A stretch of DNA of 64,000 nt from the NCBI RefSeq assembly GCF_947503875.1, contig NZ_CANNFH010000009.1, positions 654 to 64,653 on the forward strand, written 5' to 3'. Each line of letters opens with the position of its first letter. Within the stretch, counting starts at the first letter, position 1. Made by a program: the position numbers and the translations under genes. Shown here piece after piece: positions 55,292 to 64,000 of the stretch. Source of the stretch: an uncultured Polaribacter sp. (GTDB lineage Bacteria > Bacteroidota > Bacteroidia > Flavobacteriales > Flavobacteriaceae). The notes beneath the pieces were generated by a model that had not been told where the DNA came from, ran no database searches, and saw nothing but the letters and a program-made list of their open reading frames with translations.

Positions 55292-56470
55292 ATGAAGGAA
55301 GTAGTTATAGTATCTGTTGCAAGAACACCGATAGGAAGTTTTATGGGAAGTTTATCTACTGTACCAGCACCAAAATTAGGAGCTATTGCCATAAAAGGCG
55401 CTTTAGATAAAATAAAATTAAATGCAAATTTAGTGGATGAAGTTTTTATGGGTAACGTAGTTTCTGCGGGATTAGGGCAGGCACCTGCAAGGCAAGCAGC
55501 CTTAGATGCAGGAATACCAGATAGCGTGCCTTGCACCACTGTTAACAAAGTATGTGCTTCTGGAATGAAATCTATTATGCTAGCAGCACAAACAATTGCA
55601 TTAGGTGAGGCAGAAATAGTTGTTGCTGGCGGAATGGAAAACATGAGTAGCATACCACACTATCAACATGCTAGAAAAGGCAATAAATTTGGACCTATAA
55701 CCATGGAAGATGGTATGCAAAAAGACGGCTTAGTTGATGCATATCAACAAGTTGCCATGGGTGTTTGTGCAGATGAATGTGCAACCAAGTATAATTTTAC
55801 TAGAGAAGAACAAGACATTTTTGCTATAAACTCTTATAAAAGATCTGAAAAAGCATGGAAAGAAGGTAAATTTGATGATGAAATAGTACCTGTAAGCATA
55901 CCTCAAAGACGGGGAGAACCAATTATATTCTCTGAAGATGAAGAATATAAAAATGTAAAGATAGAAAAAATACCAACTTTAAGACCTGCATTTACTAAAG
56001 ATGGTACAGTTACTGCTGCAAATGCATCTACCATTAATGATGGTGGAGCAGCGCTAATTTTAATGTCTGCTGACAAAGCAAAAGAATTAAATATGCAGCC
56101 ATTAGCCAAAATAAGAAGCTATGCAGATGCTGCCCATGAACCAAAATGGTTTACAACAGCTCCTGCAAAAGCATTACCTAAAGCTCTTGCAAAAGCAAAT
56201 ATTGCCATAGACCAAGTAGATTACTTTGAATTAAACGAAGCTTTTTCTGTAGTAGGCTTAGCAAACATGCAACTACTAAATATTACTGAAGATAAGGTAA
56301 ATGTAAATGGAGGTGCAGTTTCTCTGGGACATCCATTAGGGGTTTCTGGTGCTAGAATTATTATTGCTTTAACTTCCGTTTTAAAGCAACGAAAAAGTAA
56401 AATTGGGGCTGCAGGAATTTGTAATGGTGGTGGAGGCGCAAGTGCCATGGTAATTGAAAGCCTTTCTTAA
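55292..56470 (+). CDS. Acetyl-CoA C-acyltransferase (thiolase)
   Basis: NKVCASG, NEAF, GHPLGVSG and ICNGGGG motifs. Confidence 0.95.
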   Translation: MKEVVIVSVARTPIGSFMGSLSTVPAPKLGAIAIKGALDKIKLNANLVDEVFMGNVVSAGLGQAPARQAALDAGIPDSVPCTTVNKVCASGMKSIMLAAQTIALGEAEIVVAGGMENMSSIPHYQHARKGNKFGPITMEDGMQKDGLVDAYQQVAMGVCADECATKYNFTREEQDIFAINSYKRSEKAWKEGKFDDEIVPVSIPQRRGEPIIFSEDEEYKNVKIEKIPTLRPAFTKDGTVTAANASTINDGGAALILMSADKAKELNMQPLAKIRSYADAAHEPKWFTTAPAKALPKALAKANIAIDQVDYFELNEAFSVVGLANMQLLNITEDKVNVNGGAVSLGHPLGVSGARIIIALTSVLKQRKSKIGAAGICNGGGGASAMVIESLS

Positions 56471-56516
56471 AAAAACAAAATCCTTAAAATAAAATCTAAC
56501 TCGCAAAAATCTAAAT

Positions 56517-57287
56517 TTGTTATACGGCATTTGTAATTTAAGCATAGTTGCGCTAAGAAAAGAGGCTTCTCACAAATCTGAAATGACGAATCAGGTGCTG
56601 TTTGGAGAGCATTTTGAAATCTTAGAAAATCAACAAAAATGGAGTAGAATAAAACTTGCTTTTGATGGGTTTGAAGGTTTTATAGACAACAAACAATTTA
56701 CATCTATATCCTATAAAGAATATCAAATGCTTTCTGAAGGAAATGTTAGTTATTCTGCTGAATTAGTAGATTTTATTACGAATGTAAACAACGAATTAAC
56801 AACGATTACCATTGGTGCTGTTTTACCACTTTTAAAAGAAACGGAATGCGAATTAAGTGATGAAACTTATAGTTATCAAGGCGCTATTTTTTCAGGTAAA
56901 TTGGATAAAAGTGCTATTTTGAAAACTTCCTTTACTTTTTTAAATTGTCCTTATTTATGTGGTGGAAAATCTCCTTTTGGTATAGATTGTTCTGCTTTTA
57001 CGCAAATGGTTTACAAACTTTGTGGCTATCAATTGCAAAGAAATGTTATTGAACAAGCAGCGCAAGGTGAAGTTTTAAGTTTTATTGAAGAAAGTGAACC
57101 TGGAGATTTAGCTTTTTTTGATAATGAAGAAGGCGAAATAGTACATGTGGGTGTTATTTTGAACAATTATAATATTATTCATGTACATGATAAAGTAAGA
57201 ATAGACAGTTTAGACCATAGTGGAATTTTTAATACTGATCTACAAAAACACACACATAAATTAAGAGTTATTAAAAAAATAGTATAA
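56517..57287 (+). CDS. NlpC/P60 (C40) peptidase with N-terminal SH3-like domain
   Basis: PYLCGGKSPFGIDCS, PGDLAFF and HVG motifs; TTG start. Confidence 0.9.
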   Translation: MLYGICNLSIVALRKEASHKSEMTNQVLFGEHFEILENQQKWSRIKLAFDGFEGFIDNKQFTSISYKEYQMLSEGNVSYSAELVDFITNVNNELTTITIGAVLPLLKETECELSDETYSYQGAIFSGKLDKSAILKTSFTFLNCPYLCGGKSPFGIDCSAFTQMVYKLCGYQLQRNVIEQAAQGEVLSFIEESEPGDLAFFDNEEGEIVHVGVILNNYNIIHVHDKVRIDSLDHSGIFNTDLQKHTHKLRVIKKIV

Positions 57288-57319
57288 AAAAACCGAAATA
57301 TTAAATTTCGGTTTTTTTT
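57286..57319. terminator. Bidirectional terminator
   Basis: aaaaaaaccgaaat-atta-aatttcggttttttt between convergent genes. Confidence 0.8.
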
Positions 57320-57339
57320 ATTTAAAAGGTATTGTAAAA

Positions 57340-58590
57340 CTACATTCCTCTCATTTTCTTATAAACTGGCCTTAATGCATCTGCCTTCGCATTCATTTCT
57401 AAGGTATCATAAATATTTAAAAGCGTTTTAACAGTATTCTCAGACCTAGAAAGGCTATCTGCTTTTTCTAAATAAGGTAAAGCTTTTTTGTAAACACTTT
57501 TTTGTTGAATCTTTAATGCATTATACTTTTTAAAATTAGATAAGTTGTTATTCATTTCAGCAACAATAGCCTTTTCTTCAGCTAACATTGCTATAGAAAG
57601 ATTCATGTAAGCATCTGCATAATCTGGTTTAAGTTCTATTGCTTTTTTGTAATACTTAATTGCGTCTTCAATTTTATCTTCATTTGCATTTACAACTCCT
57701 AAATTAAAAAACAAAGTTGGGTTTGTAGGGTCTATTTTAACAGCCTCTTGCATTAAATCTGCAAACTTATCCATTTGTTTTAATTTAATATACAACTGCG
57801 CCTCATTTAGAATTAAATTTACATCTTTAGGATTTGATTTTCTAGCTTCTTGCAAAGCTGTAATAGCTTTATCTGTTTTACCCTGATTAACGTATATATA
57901 ACCTATATTCTTAATAATATCTGGCTTTTTAGATGGTGTTGTTTCGTCCACTGGATTTTCATACTGCCCCAACTTAATCCTATTTGCTCTATTTGACTTG
58001 CTACCAAGATTGTCTACTTCTCCAGAAATCTTATTTGTTGCTTTGTAAATAGTTCTTATACCTGTATAACCTAACTCTTTTAATTGCAAAAAGTACTTTA
58101 AAGCAGTATCATTGTCCTTTGCTAAAGAAGCGCTTATTGCTGCATTATATAAAGACGCAGTATCCTTTGGATTAAGTTTATACGTTAGTGCGAAATTTTT
58201 TACTGCCGCTGGATAATTTTTTGTTTTGTTATATTGATTTATAGCTTTAGTATTCACTTTTTGGACTAAAGCACTCAACATAGGTTCTGCTAACTTTGTG
58301 TATTTGGGTTTACCAATTTCTTTTTCATAATCAAAAAGGGCATTGAACGCTGTTCCAGCAGCTTCGTACTTATTTTGACCAGCCAATGCTTGAGCTTTTA
58401 GAAAGTAAAACTTAGTTTTATACTTAGCATCCATATTTGCAAGCATACTTTCCGTTGAAGTAATTGCTGTTAATGCCTCTGCATATTTTTTACCTTTTAA
58501 AGCTTTTTCTGCTAACTTTAACTCTTTTTTCTGACCAAAAGAAACAAAAGATACTAATGCCAATGAAAGCATTATAATTTGATTTTTCAT
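57340..58590 (-). CDS. Tetratricopeptide repeat protein
   Basis: TPR units (LFFNLGVV..AIKYYKKAIELKPDYADAYMNL); start placed at ATG 58590 (MKNQIIMLSLAL, signal peptide). Confidence 0.88.
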   Translation of the reverse strand: MKNQIIMLSLALVSFVSFGQKKELKLAEKALKGKKYAEALTAITSTESMLANMDAKYKTKFYFLKAQALAGQNKYEAAGTAFNALFDYEKEIGKPKYTKLAEPMLSALVQKVNTKAINQYNKTKNYPAAVKNFALTYKLNPKDTASLYNAAISASLAKDNDTALKYFLQLKELGYTGIRTIYKATNKISGEVDNLGSKSNRANRIKLGQYENPVDETTPSKKPDIIKNIGYIYVNQGKTDKAITALQEARKSNPKDVNLILNEAQLYIKLKQMDKFADLMQEAVKIDPTNPTLFFNLGVVNANEDKIEDAIKYYKKAIELKPDYADAYMNLSIAMLAEEKAIVAEMNNNLSNFKKYNALKIQQKSVYKKALPYLEKADSLSRSENTVKTLLNIYDTLEMNAKADALRPVYKKMRGM

Positions 58591-58606
58591 TCTATTCGTT
58601 TTTAAT

Positions 58607-61129
58607 TTATTCTTGTTCTTGATTATCGTTTGTATTGTTTTCAATTTCCGTGCCATTTTCATTTTCTCCTTCAACACTTTCCTCAGCATCCTCTTCATGC
58701 ACTACTTTAGCCACAGCAGCAATACTATCATCATCTTTAATGTTAATTAAACGCACACCTTGTGTAGCACGTCCCATTACACGTAAATCTTCTACAGCCA
58801 TTCTAATAGTTAAACCAGATTTATTAATAATCATTAAATCGTTAGAGTCGTCTACATTTTTTATGGCTACTAGATTTCCAGTTTTTTCAGAAATATTTAA
58901 AGTTTTAACACCTTTACCGCCTCTGTTTGTAATTCTGTAATCTTCTAAACTAGATCGTTTTCCATACCCTTTTTCAGAAACCACTAAAATATTACTTTCC
59001 ATGTCATTTACAGCAACCATACCAATCACCTCATCATTCTCATGTTGTAAGGTAATACCACGAACTCCTGATGCTGTTCTACCCATAGGTCTTGTTTTTG
59101 CCTCTTCAAAACGAATAGATTTACCAGAGGCTAAAGCTAACATTACTTGGCTATCTCCTGTAGTTAATTTCGCTTCTAAAAGCTCATCACCTTCTTTAAT
59201 AGTTATTGCATTAATACCATTTGTTCTTGGTCTAGAATATTGCTCTAAAGAAGTCTTTTTAACTTGACCTTTCTTTGTAGCCATTATTACATAATGACTA
59301 TTAATATAGTCTTCGTCTTTTAAATCTTGCGTAACTAAAAATGCTTTTACAGAATCGTCTTGTTCTATATTTATTAGATTTTGCATTGCTCTACCTTTGG
59401 TGTTTTTACCACCTTCTGGTATTTCGTAAACACGCATCCAGAATACTTTACCTTTTTGTGTAAAGAACATCATATATTGGTGGTTTGTACCCACAAATAA
59501 ATGTTCTAAGAAATCTTCATTTCTAGTAGTTGCTCCTTTTTGCCCTCTACCTCCTCTATTTTGCACTTTGTACTCATCTAAATTTGTACGTTTTAAATAG
59601 CCTGCGTTAGAAATTGTTACCACTACTTTTGTATCTGGTATCATATCTTCAATACGCATATCTCCACCTGCATATTCTATGGTAGATCTTCGCTCGTCTC
59701 CGTACTTATCTTTAATATGAAGTAGCTCGTCTTTTATAATTTGGTAGCGTCTTGGTTCATTCGCTAAAATATCTTTTAAGTCTGCAATAGTAATCATGAT
59801 TTCATCATACTCTGCACGTAATTTATCTTGTTCTAAACCTGTCAATTGGCGCAGACGCATTTCTACAATAGCTTTCGCTTGAATTTCAGTTAATTCAAAA
59901 CGTTCTATTAAACTAGCTCTTGCTTCATCTGCATTATTAGAACCTCTAATAATTTTAATTACCTCATCAATATTATCTGAAGCAATAATTAATCCCTCTA
60001 AAATATGGGCTCTAGCTTCTGCTTTCTTTAATTCAAACTCTGTTCTACGAACAACAACTTCATGTCTATGTTCAACAAAGTAATGGATTAATTGTTTTAA
60101 GTTTAATTGCTCTGGTTTTCCATTAACTAAAGCAATGTTGTTTACACTAAAAGAAGTTTGTAATTGTGTATACTTAAATAATTTATTTAAAACGATATTA
60201 GGAATTGCGTCACGTTTCAAAATGTAAACAATACGCATTCCGTTTCTATCAGACTCATCACGTATGTTTGCAATACCTTCTAATTTCTTTTCATTTACCA
60301 AATCAGCAGTCTTTTTAATCATATCTGCTTTATTCACTTGGTAAGGAATTTCAGTAACAATAATGCACTCACGCCCTTTAACCTCTTCAATATTAGCTTT
60401 AGCACGCATTACAATACGTCCACGACCAGTATGAAAAGCATCTCTTACACCATCATAACCATAAATAATTCCTCCTGTTGGAAAATCTGGAGCGGTAATA
60501 TGTTGCATTAATTCATCTACCTCAATCTCTCTATTATCAATGTAAGCGATTGTACCATTAATTACCTCTGTTAAATTGTGTGGCGCCATATTAGTAGCCA
60601 TACCCACTGCAATACCAGAAGCACCATTTACTAATAAATTTGGTATTCTAGTTGGCAAAACAATTGGTTCGTGCAACGTATCATCAAAGTTTAAACGATG
60701 ATCTACAGTTTCTTTTTCAATATCAGCTAGCATTTCTTCTGATATTTTTTGCATTCTAACCTCTGTATAACGCATTGCTGCAGGACTATCACCATCTACA
60801 GAACCAAAGTTCCCTTGGCCATCTACCATCATATAACGCACACTCCAATCTTGCGCCATACGCACCATAGAATCGTAAACAGAAGTATCTCCATGTGGGT
60901 GATACTTACCTAAAACCTCACCTACAATTCTTGCTGACTTCTTATATGCTCCTGTAGCTTTTATTCCTAATTCATGCATACCATACAAAACCCTTCTATG
61001 AACTGGTTTTAAACCGTCTCTCACATCTGGTAATGCCCTAGACACAATTACTGACATTGAGTAATCAATGTAAGCAGCTTTCATCTGCTCTTCAATATTA
61101 ATCGGAATTAACTTTTCTCCGTCTGCCAT
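58607..61129 (-). CDS. gyrA: DNA gyrase subunit A
   Basis: [28 protein letters not shown], GyrA-box-like QNRGGRG and beta-pinwheel repeats. Confidence 0.98.
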   Translation of the reverse strand: MADGEKLIPINIEEQMKAAYIDYSMSVIVSRALPDVRDGLKPVHRRVLYGMHELGIKATGAYKKSARIVGEVLGKYHPHGDTSVYDSMVRMAQDWSVRYMMVDGQGNFGSVDGDSPAAMRYTEVRMQKISEEMLADIEKETVDHRLNFDDTLHEPIVLPTRIPNLLVNGASGIAVGMATNMAPHNLTEVINGTIAYIDNREIEVDELMQHITAPDFPTGGIIYGYDGVRDAFHTGRGRIVMRAKANIEEVKGRECIIVTEIPYQVNKADMIKKTADLVNEKKLEGIANIRDESDRNGMRIVYILKRDAIPNIVLNKLFKYTQLQTSFSVNNIALVNGKPEQLNLKQLIHYFVEHRHEVVVRRTEFELKKAEARAHILEGLIIASDNIDEVIKIIRGSNNADEARASLIERFELTEIQAKAIVEMRLRQLTGLEQDKLRAEYDEIMITIADLKDILANEPRRYQIIKDELLHIKDKYGDERRSTIEYAGGDMRIEDMIPDTKVVVTISNAGYLKRTNLDEYKVQNRGGRGQKGATTRNEDFLEHLFVGTNHQYMMFFTQKGKVFWMRVYEIPEGGKNTKGRAMQNLINIEQDDSVKAFLVTQDLKDEDYINSHYVIMATKKGQVKKTSLEQYSRPRTNGINAITIKEGDELLEAKLTTGDSQVMLALASGKSIRFEEAKTRPMGRTASGVRGITLQHENDEVIGMVAVNDMESNILVVSEKGYGKRSSLEDYRITNRGGKGVKTLNISEKTGNLVAIKNVDDSNDLMIINKSGLTIRMAVEDLRVMGRATQGVRLINIKDDDSIAAVAKVVHEEDAEESVEGENENGTEIENNTNDNQEQE

Positions 61130-61397
61130 ATATATTTCTTATTAATATTAATCATTTTTTAAAAACAAGGCAAGATACTATTTTTGTTAATTTTTACAAA
61201 GATTTTAACCTTTGCAATTGGGTAGAGTTATCAACATTTTATGATAATTTTTAACACAAAAAAATTTGGCTAGCTTTTAATTGTTTTTTAATTTAGACAA
61301 AAGTCAATTTGACAGTTTTTTACAGTGGCATCTTTTTTGCAACGAGGCAGAAAAAAAGACTTGAATATACAGCACAGTACTAAAGATAGAACGAAAT

Positions 61398-63962
61398 ATG
61401 GACGATAATTTTTCACCAAAAGTAAGAGATGTGATAACGTTTAGTAAGGAAGAAGCTTTACGTTTAGGGCACGAATTTATTGGAACAGAACATTTAATAT
61501 TAGGCCTTCTAAGAAAAGGAGAAGGCAAAGCAATGGAAATTTTAACAGCATTTGATGTAGATTTAACCTTATTGCGCAAAAAATTAGAACAACTAAATCC
61601 TGTAAATCCTGCGTTTGCAGAAACCACAGAAAAGAAAAGCTTACACTTAACTAGACAAGCAGAAAAAGCATTAAAAACCACCTTTCTAGAAGCGAAGCTC
61701 TATCAAAGTGAGGCCATTGATACGGCACATTTGTTACTATGCATTTTAAGAAACGAAAATGATCCTACAACAAAACTAATTCAGAAATATCATGTAAATT
61801 ATGATGAAGCGAAAGCCTTATACAAACAATTACATGTAGACGATACTGATTTATCTAACAATCCTATAGCAGAAACGCCTTCTGATAACGAGTTTGCCTC
61901 TAATAAACCAAATCCTTTTGAGCAACAACCCAAAGGTAAAAACGTAAAAAAATCTAAAACACCAGTTTTAGACAATTTCGGAAGAGATTTAACAGCTCTA
62001 GCAGAAAACGGAAACTTAGATCCTGTAGTGGGTAGACAAAAAGAAATTGAGCGTGTTTCACAAATTTTGAGCAGAAGAAAAAAGAACAATCCAATGCTCA
62101 TTGGTGAACCTGGTGTTGGTAAATCTGCAATAGCTGAAGGTTTAGCGCTGCGTATTGTAGAACGTAAAGTCTCTCGAATTTTGTTTGACAAACGATTGGT
62201 TTCTCTAGATTTAGCGAGTTTGGTTGCAGGCACAAAATATCGTGGACAGTTTGAAGAGCGTATGAAAGCTTTAATGAATGAATTAGAGAAGAATGACGAT
62301 ATTATTCTTTTTATAGATGAAATTCATACTATTGTTGGCGCAGGTGGTGCAACTGGTTCTTTAGATGCTTCTAACATGCTTAAGCCTGCTTTAGCAAGAG
62401 GTGAAATACAGTGTATTGGTGCAACCACTTTAGATGAATACAGAACTAACATTGAAAAAGATGGAGCTTTAGAGCGTCGTTTTCAAAAAGTAGTGGTAGA
62501 CCCAACTTCTGTAGAGGAAACCATTCAAATTCTTCAAAATATAAAAAATAAATACGAAGATCATCATAATGTAAATTATACAGATGAAGCTTTAGAAGCT
62601 TGTGTAAAATTAACTAATAGATATATGACTGATAGATTTTTGCCAGACAAAGCTATTGATGCTTTAGACGAGGCTGGCTCTAGAATTCATATTACAAATA
62701 TTGTGGTACCACAACAAGTTTTAGAATTAGAAACACAGTTAGAAAATATTCGTGAGCAGAAAACAAAAGCAGTAAATGGTCAAAAATATGAAGAAGCTGC
62801 TAAATTACGTGATGATGAAAAGAATATGGAAGCTGCCTTAGACTCGGCACAGAAACAGTGGGAAGATGATTCTAAGTTAAACAGAGAAGTTGTTACAGAA
62901 GATAATGTTGCAGAAGTAGTTTCTATGATGACTGGAATACCTGTAAATAGAGTTGCAGAAGCAGAAAGCCATAAGTTACACGAATTACCTCAGCTAATTA
63001 AAGGCAAAGTTATAGGACAAGATATTGCTGTTACTAAAGTTGTAAAGGCAATACAACGCAATAGAGTTGGTTTAAAAGACCCTAACAAACCAATTGGTTC
63101 GTTTATCTTTTTAGGACAAACAGGTGTTGGTAAAACACAATTGGCAAAAGTTTTAGCGCGTGAGTTATTTGACTCTGATGATTCTTTAATTAGAATTGAC
63201 ATGAGTGAATACATGGAAAAATTTGCGATTTCTAGATTAATTGGAGCGCCTCCAGGATATGTAGGTTATGAAGAAGGCGGACAATTAACCGAAAAAGTAA
63301 GAAGAAAACCGTATTCTGTAATTTTATTAGATGAAATAGAAAAAGCACACCCAGATGTGTTTAATATGTTATTACAAATTTTAGATGACGGACATATTAC
63401 AGATAGTTTGGGTAGAAAAATAGATTTTAGAAATACTATTATTATAATGACTTCTAATATTGGTGCACGCCAATTAAAAGATTTTGGTGGCGGTGTTGGT
63501 TTTGGTACTTCTTCAAAAAAAGAACAAGCAGACGAACATGCGAAGTCTGTAATAGAAGGAGCTCTAAAAAAATCTTTTGCTCCTGAATTTTTAAATAGAA
63601 TAGATGATGTAATTGTATTTAATGCGCTAGAAAGAGAAGACATTCACTCTATTATAGACATAGAGTTAGATAAATTATTATACAGAATCTCTGATTTAGG
63701 ATACACTTTAAAACTTTCTGAAAAAGCAAAAGACTATATTGCAGATAAAGGTTTTGATAAAAAATATGGTGCAAGACCATTAAAAAGAGCCATTCAAAAA
63801 TATATTGAAGATGCTTTAGCCGAAGAAATTGTAAATTCTAAATTGTCTGAAGGTGATACCATTACCATGGACTTAGATAGTGAAACTAACAAACTCACTA
63901 TTAATATAGAAAAAGGAGACAAAAAATTAGAAACAAGAACAGCTCCAGAAACAGAGTCTTAA
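61398..63962 (+). CDS. clpC: ATP-dependent Clp protease ATP-binding subunit
   Basis: Clp-N repeats, two AAA modules ([16 protein letters not shown]), and a UVR-like middle domain. Confidence 0.93.
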   Translation: MDDNFSPKVRDVITFSKEEALRLGHEFIGTEHLILGLLRKGEGKAMEILTAFDVDLTLLRKKLEQLNPVNPAFAETTEKKSLHLTRQAEKALKTTFLEAKLYQSEAIDTAHLLLCILRNENDPTTKLIQKYHVNYDEAKALYKQLHVDDTDLSNNPIAETPSDNEFASNKPNPFEQQPKGKNVKKSKTPVLDNFGRDLTALAENGNLDPVVGRQKEIERVSQILSRRKKNNPMLIGEPGVGKSAIAEGLALRIVERKVSRILFDKRLVSLDLASLVAGTKYRGQFEERMKALMNELEKNDDIILFIDEIHTIVGAGGATGSLDASNMLKPALARGEIQCIGATTLDEYRTNIEKDGALERRFQKVVVDPTSVEETIQILQNIKNKYEDHHNVNYTDEALEACVKLTNRYMTDRFLPDKAIDALDEAGSRIHITNIVVPQQVLELETQLENIREQKTKAVNGQKYEEAAKLRDDEKNMEAALDSAQKQWEDDSKLNREVVTEDNVAEVVSMMTGIPVNRVAEAESHKLHELPQLIKGKVIGQDIAVTKVVKAIQRNRVGLKDPNKPIGSFIFLGQTGVGKTQLAKVLARELFDSDDSLIRIDMSEYMEKFAISRLIGAPPGYVGYEEGGQLTEKVRRKPYSVILLDEIEKAHPDVFNMLLQILDDGHITDSLGRKIDFRNTIIIMTSNIGARQLKDFGGGVGFGTSSKKEQADEHAKSVIEGALKKSFAPEFLNRIDDVIVFNALEREDIHSIIDIELDKLLYRISDLGYTLKLSEKAKDYIADKGFDKKYGARPLKRAIQKYIEDALAEEIVNSKLSEGDTITMDLDSETNKLTINIEKGDKKLETRTAPETES

Positions 63963-63967
63963 AATTC

Positions 63968-63997
63968 AAAAAGCCCAAACGAAAGTTTGGGTTTTTT
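63968..63997 (+). terminator. Intrinsic terminator
   Basis: aaaaagcccaaac-gaaa-gtttgggtttttt. Confidence 0.85.
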
Positions 63998-64000
63998 CTT

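Noticed and set aside
58591-58698. N-terminal extension of the TPR protein given in the track
   Set aside because: It overlaps the gyrA 3' end in another frame; ATG 58590 gives a proper signal peptide.
1-64000. CRISPR array, rRNA or IS transposase
   Set aside because: No regularly spaced repeat-spacer array, rRNA-like sequence or DDE/HUH transposase ORF was found by eye.

Overview
AT-rich Flavobacteriaceae chromosome segment. The gene content, T9SS cargo and TAnnTTTG promoters suggest a Polaribacter/Tenacibaculum-like organism (inference). Left arm (1-33.6 kb): the end of a T9SS-secreted HYR-like repeat protein, a decayed 127-bp copy of part of dnaN, a multiply frameshifted pseudogene, dnaN, a PIG-L deacetylase, an Ntox23-like/LRR gene pair, a DUF853 ATPase, yitT, folD, ffh, and a 5705-aa SprB-like adhesin with its PorP/SprF partner. 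Middle (34451-52776): an ~18.3-kb integrative element in tRNA-Arg(UCU), bounded by a perfect 69-bp direct repeat. It carries a tyrosine integrase, secreted FISUMP/T9SS cargo, an SF2 origin-binding-like helicase, and a SNF2 / small ORF / Mod / Res type III-like restriction operon. Right arm: tRNA-Arg/Pro/Ser, a 7TM-HD hydrolase, thiolase, NlpC/P60, a TPR protein, gyrA and clpC. Best candidate for an undescribed system: the last 25 codons of the integrase, including the catalytic Tyr, recur 2570 bp downstream. The two copies share an identical 20-bp core followed by almost purely synonymous divergence, and they bracket a cargo cassette. This suggests gene cassettes that insert into the integrase's own 3' end and bring a replacement C-terminus. 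All product calls come from motif recognition; no database search was run.
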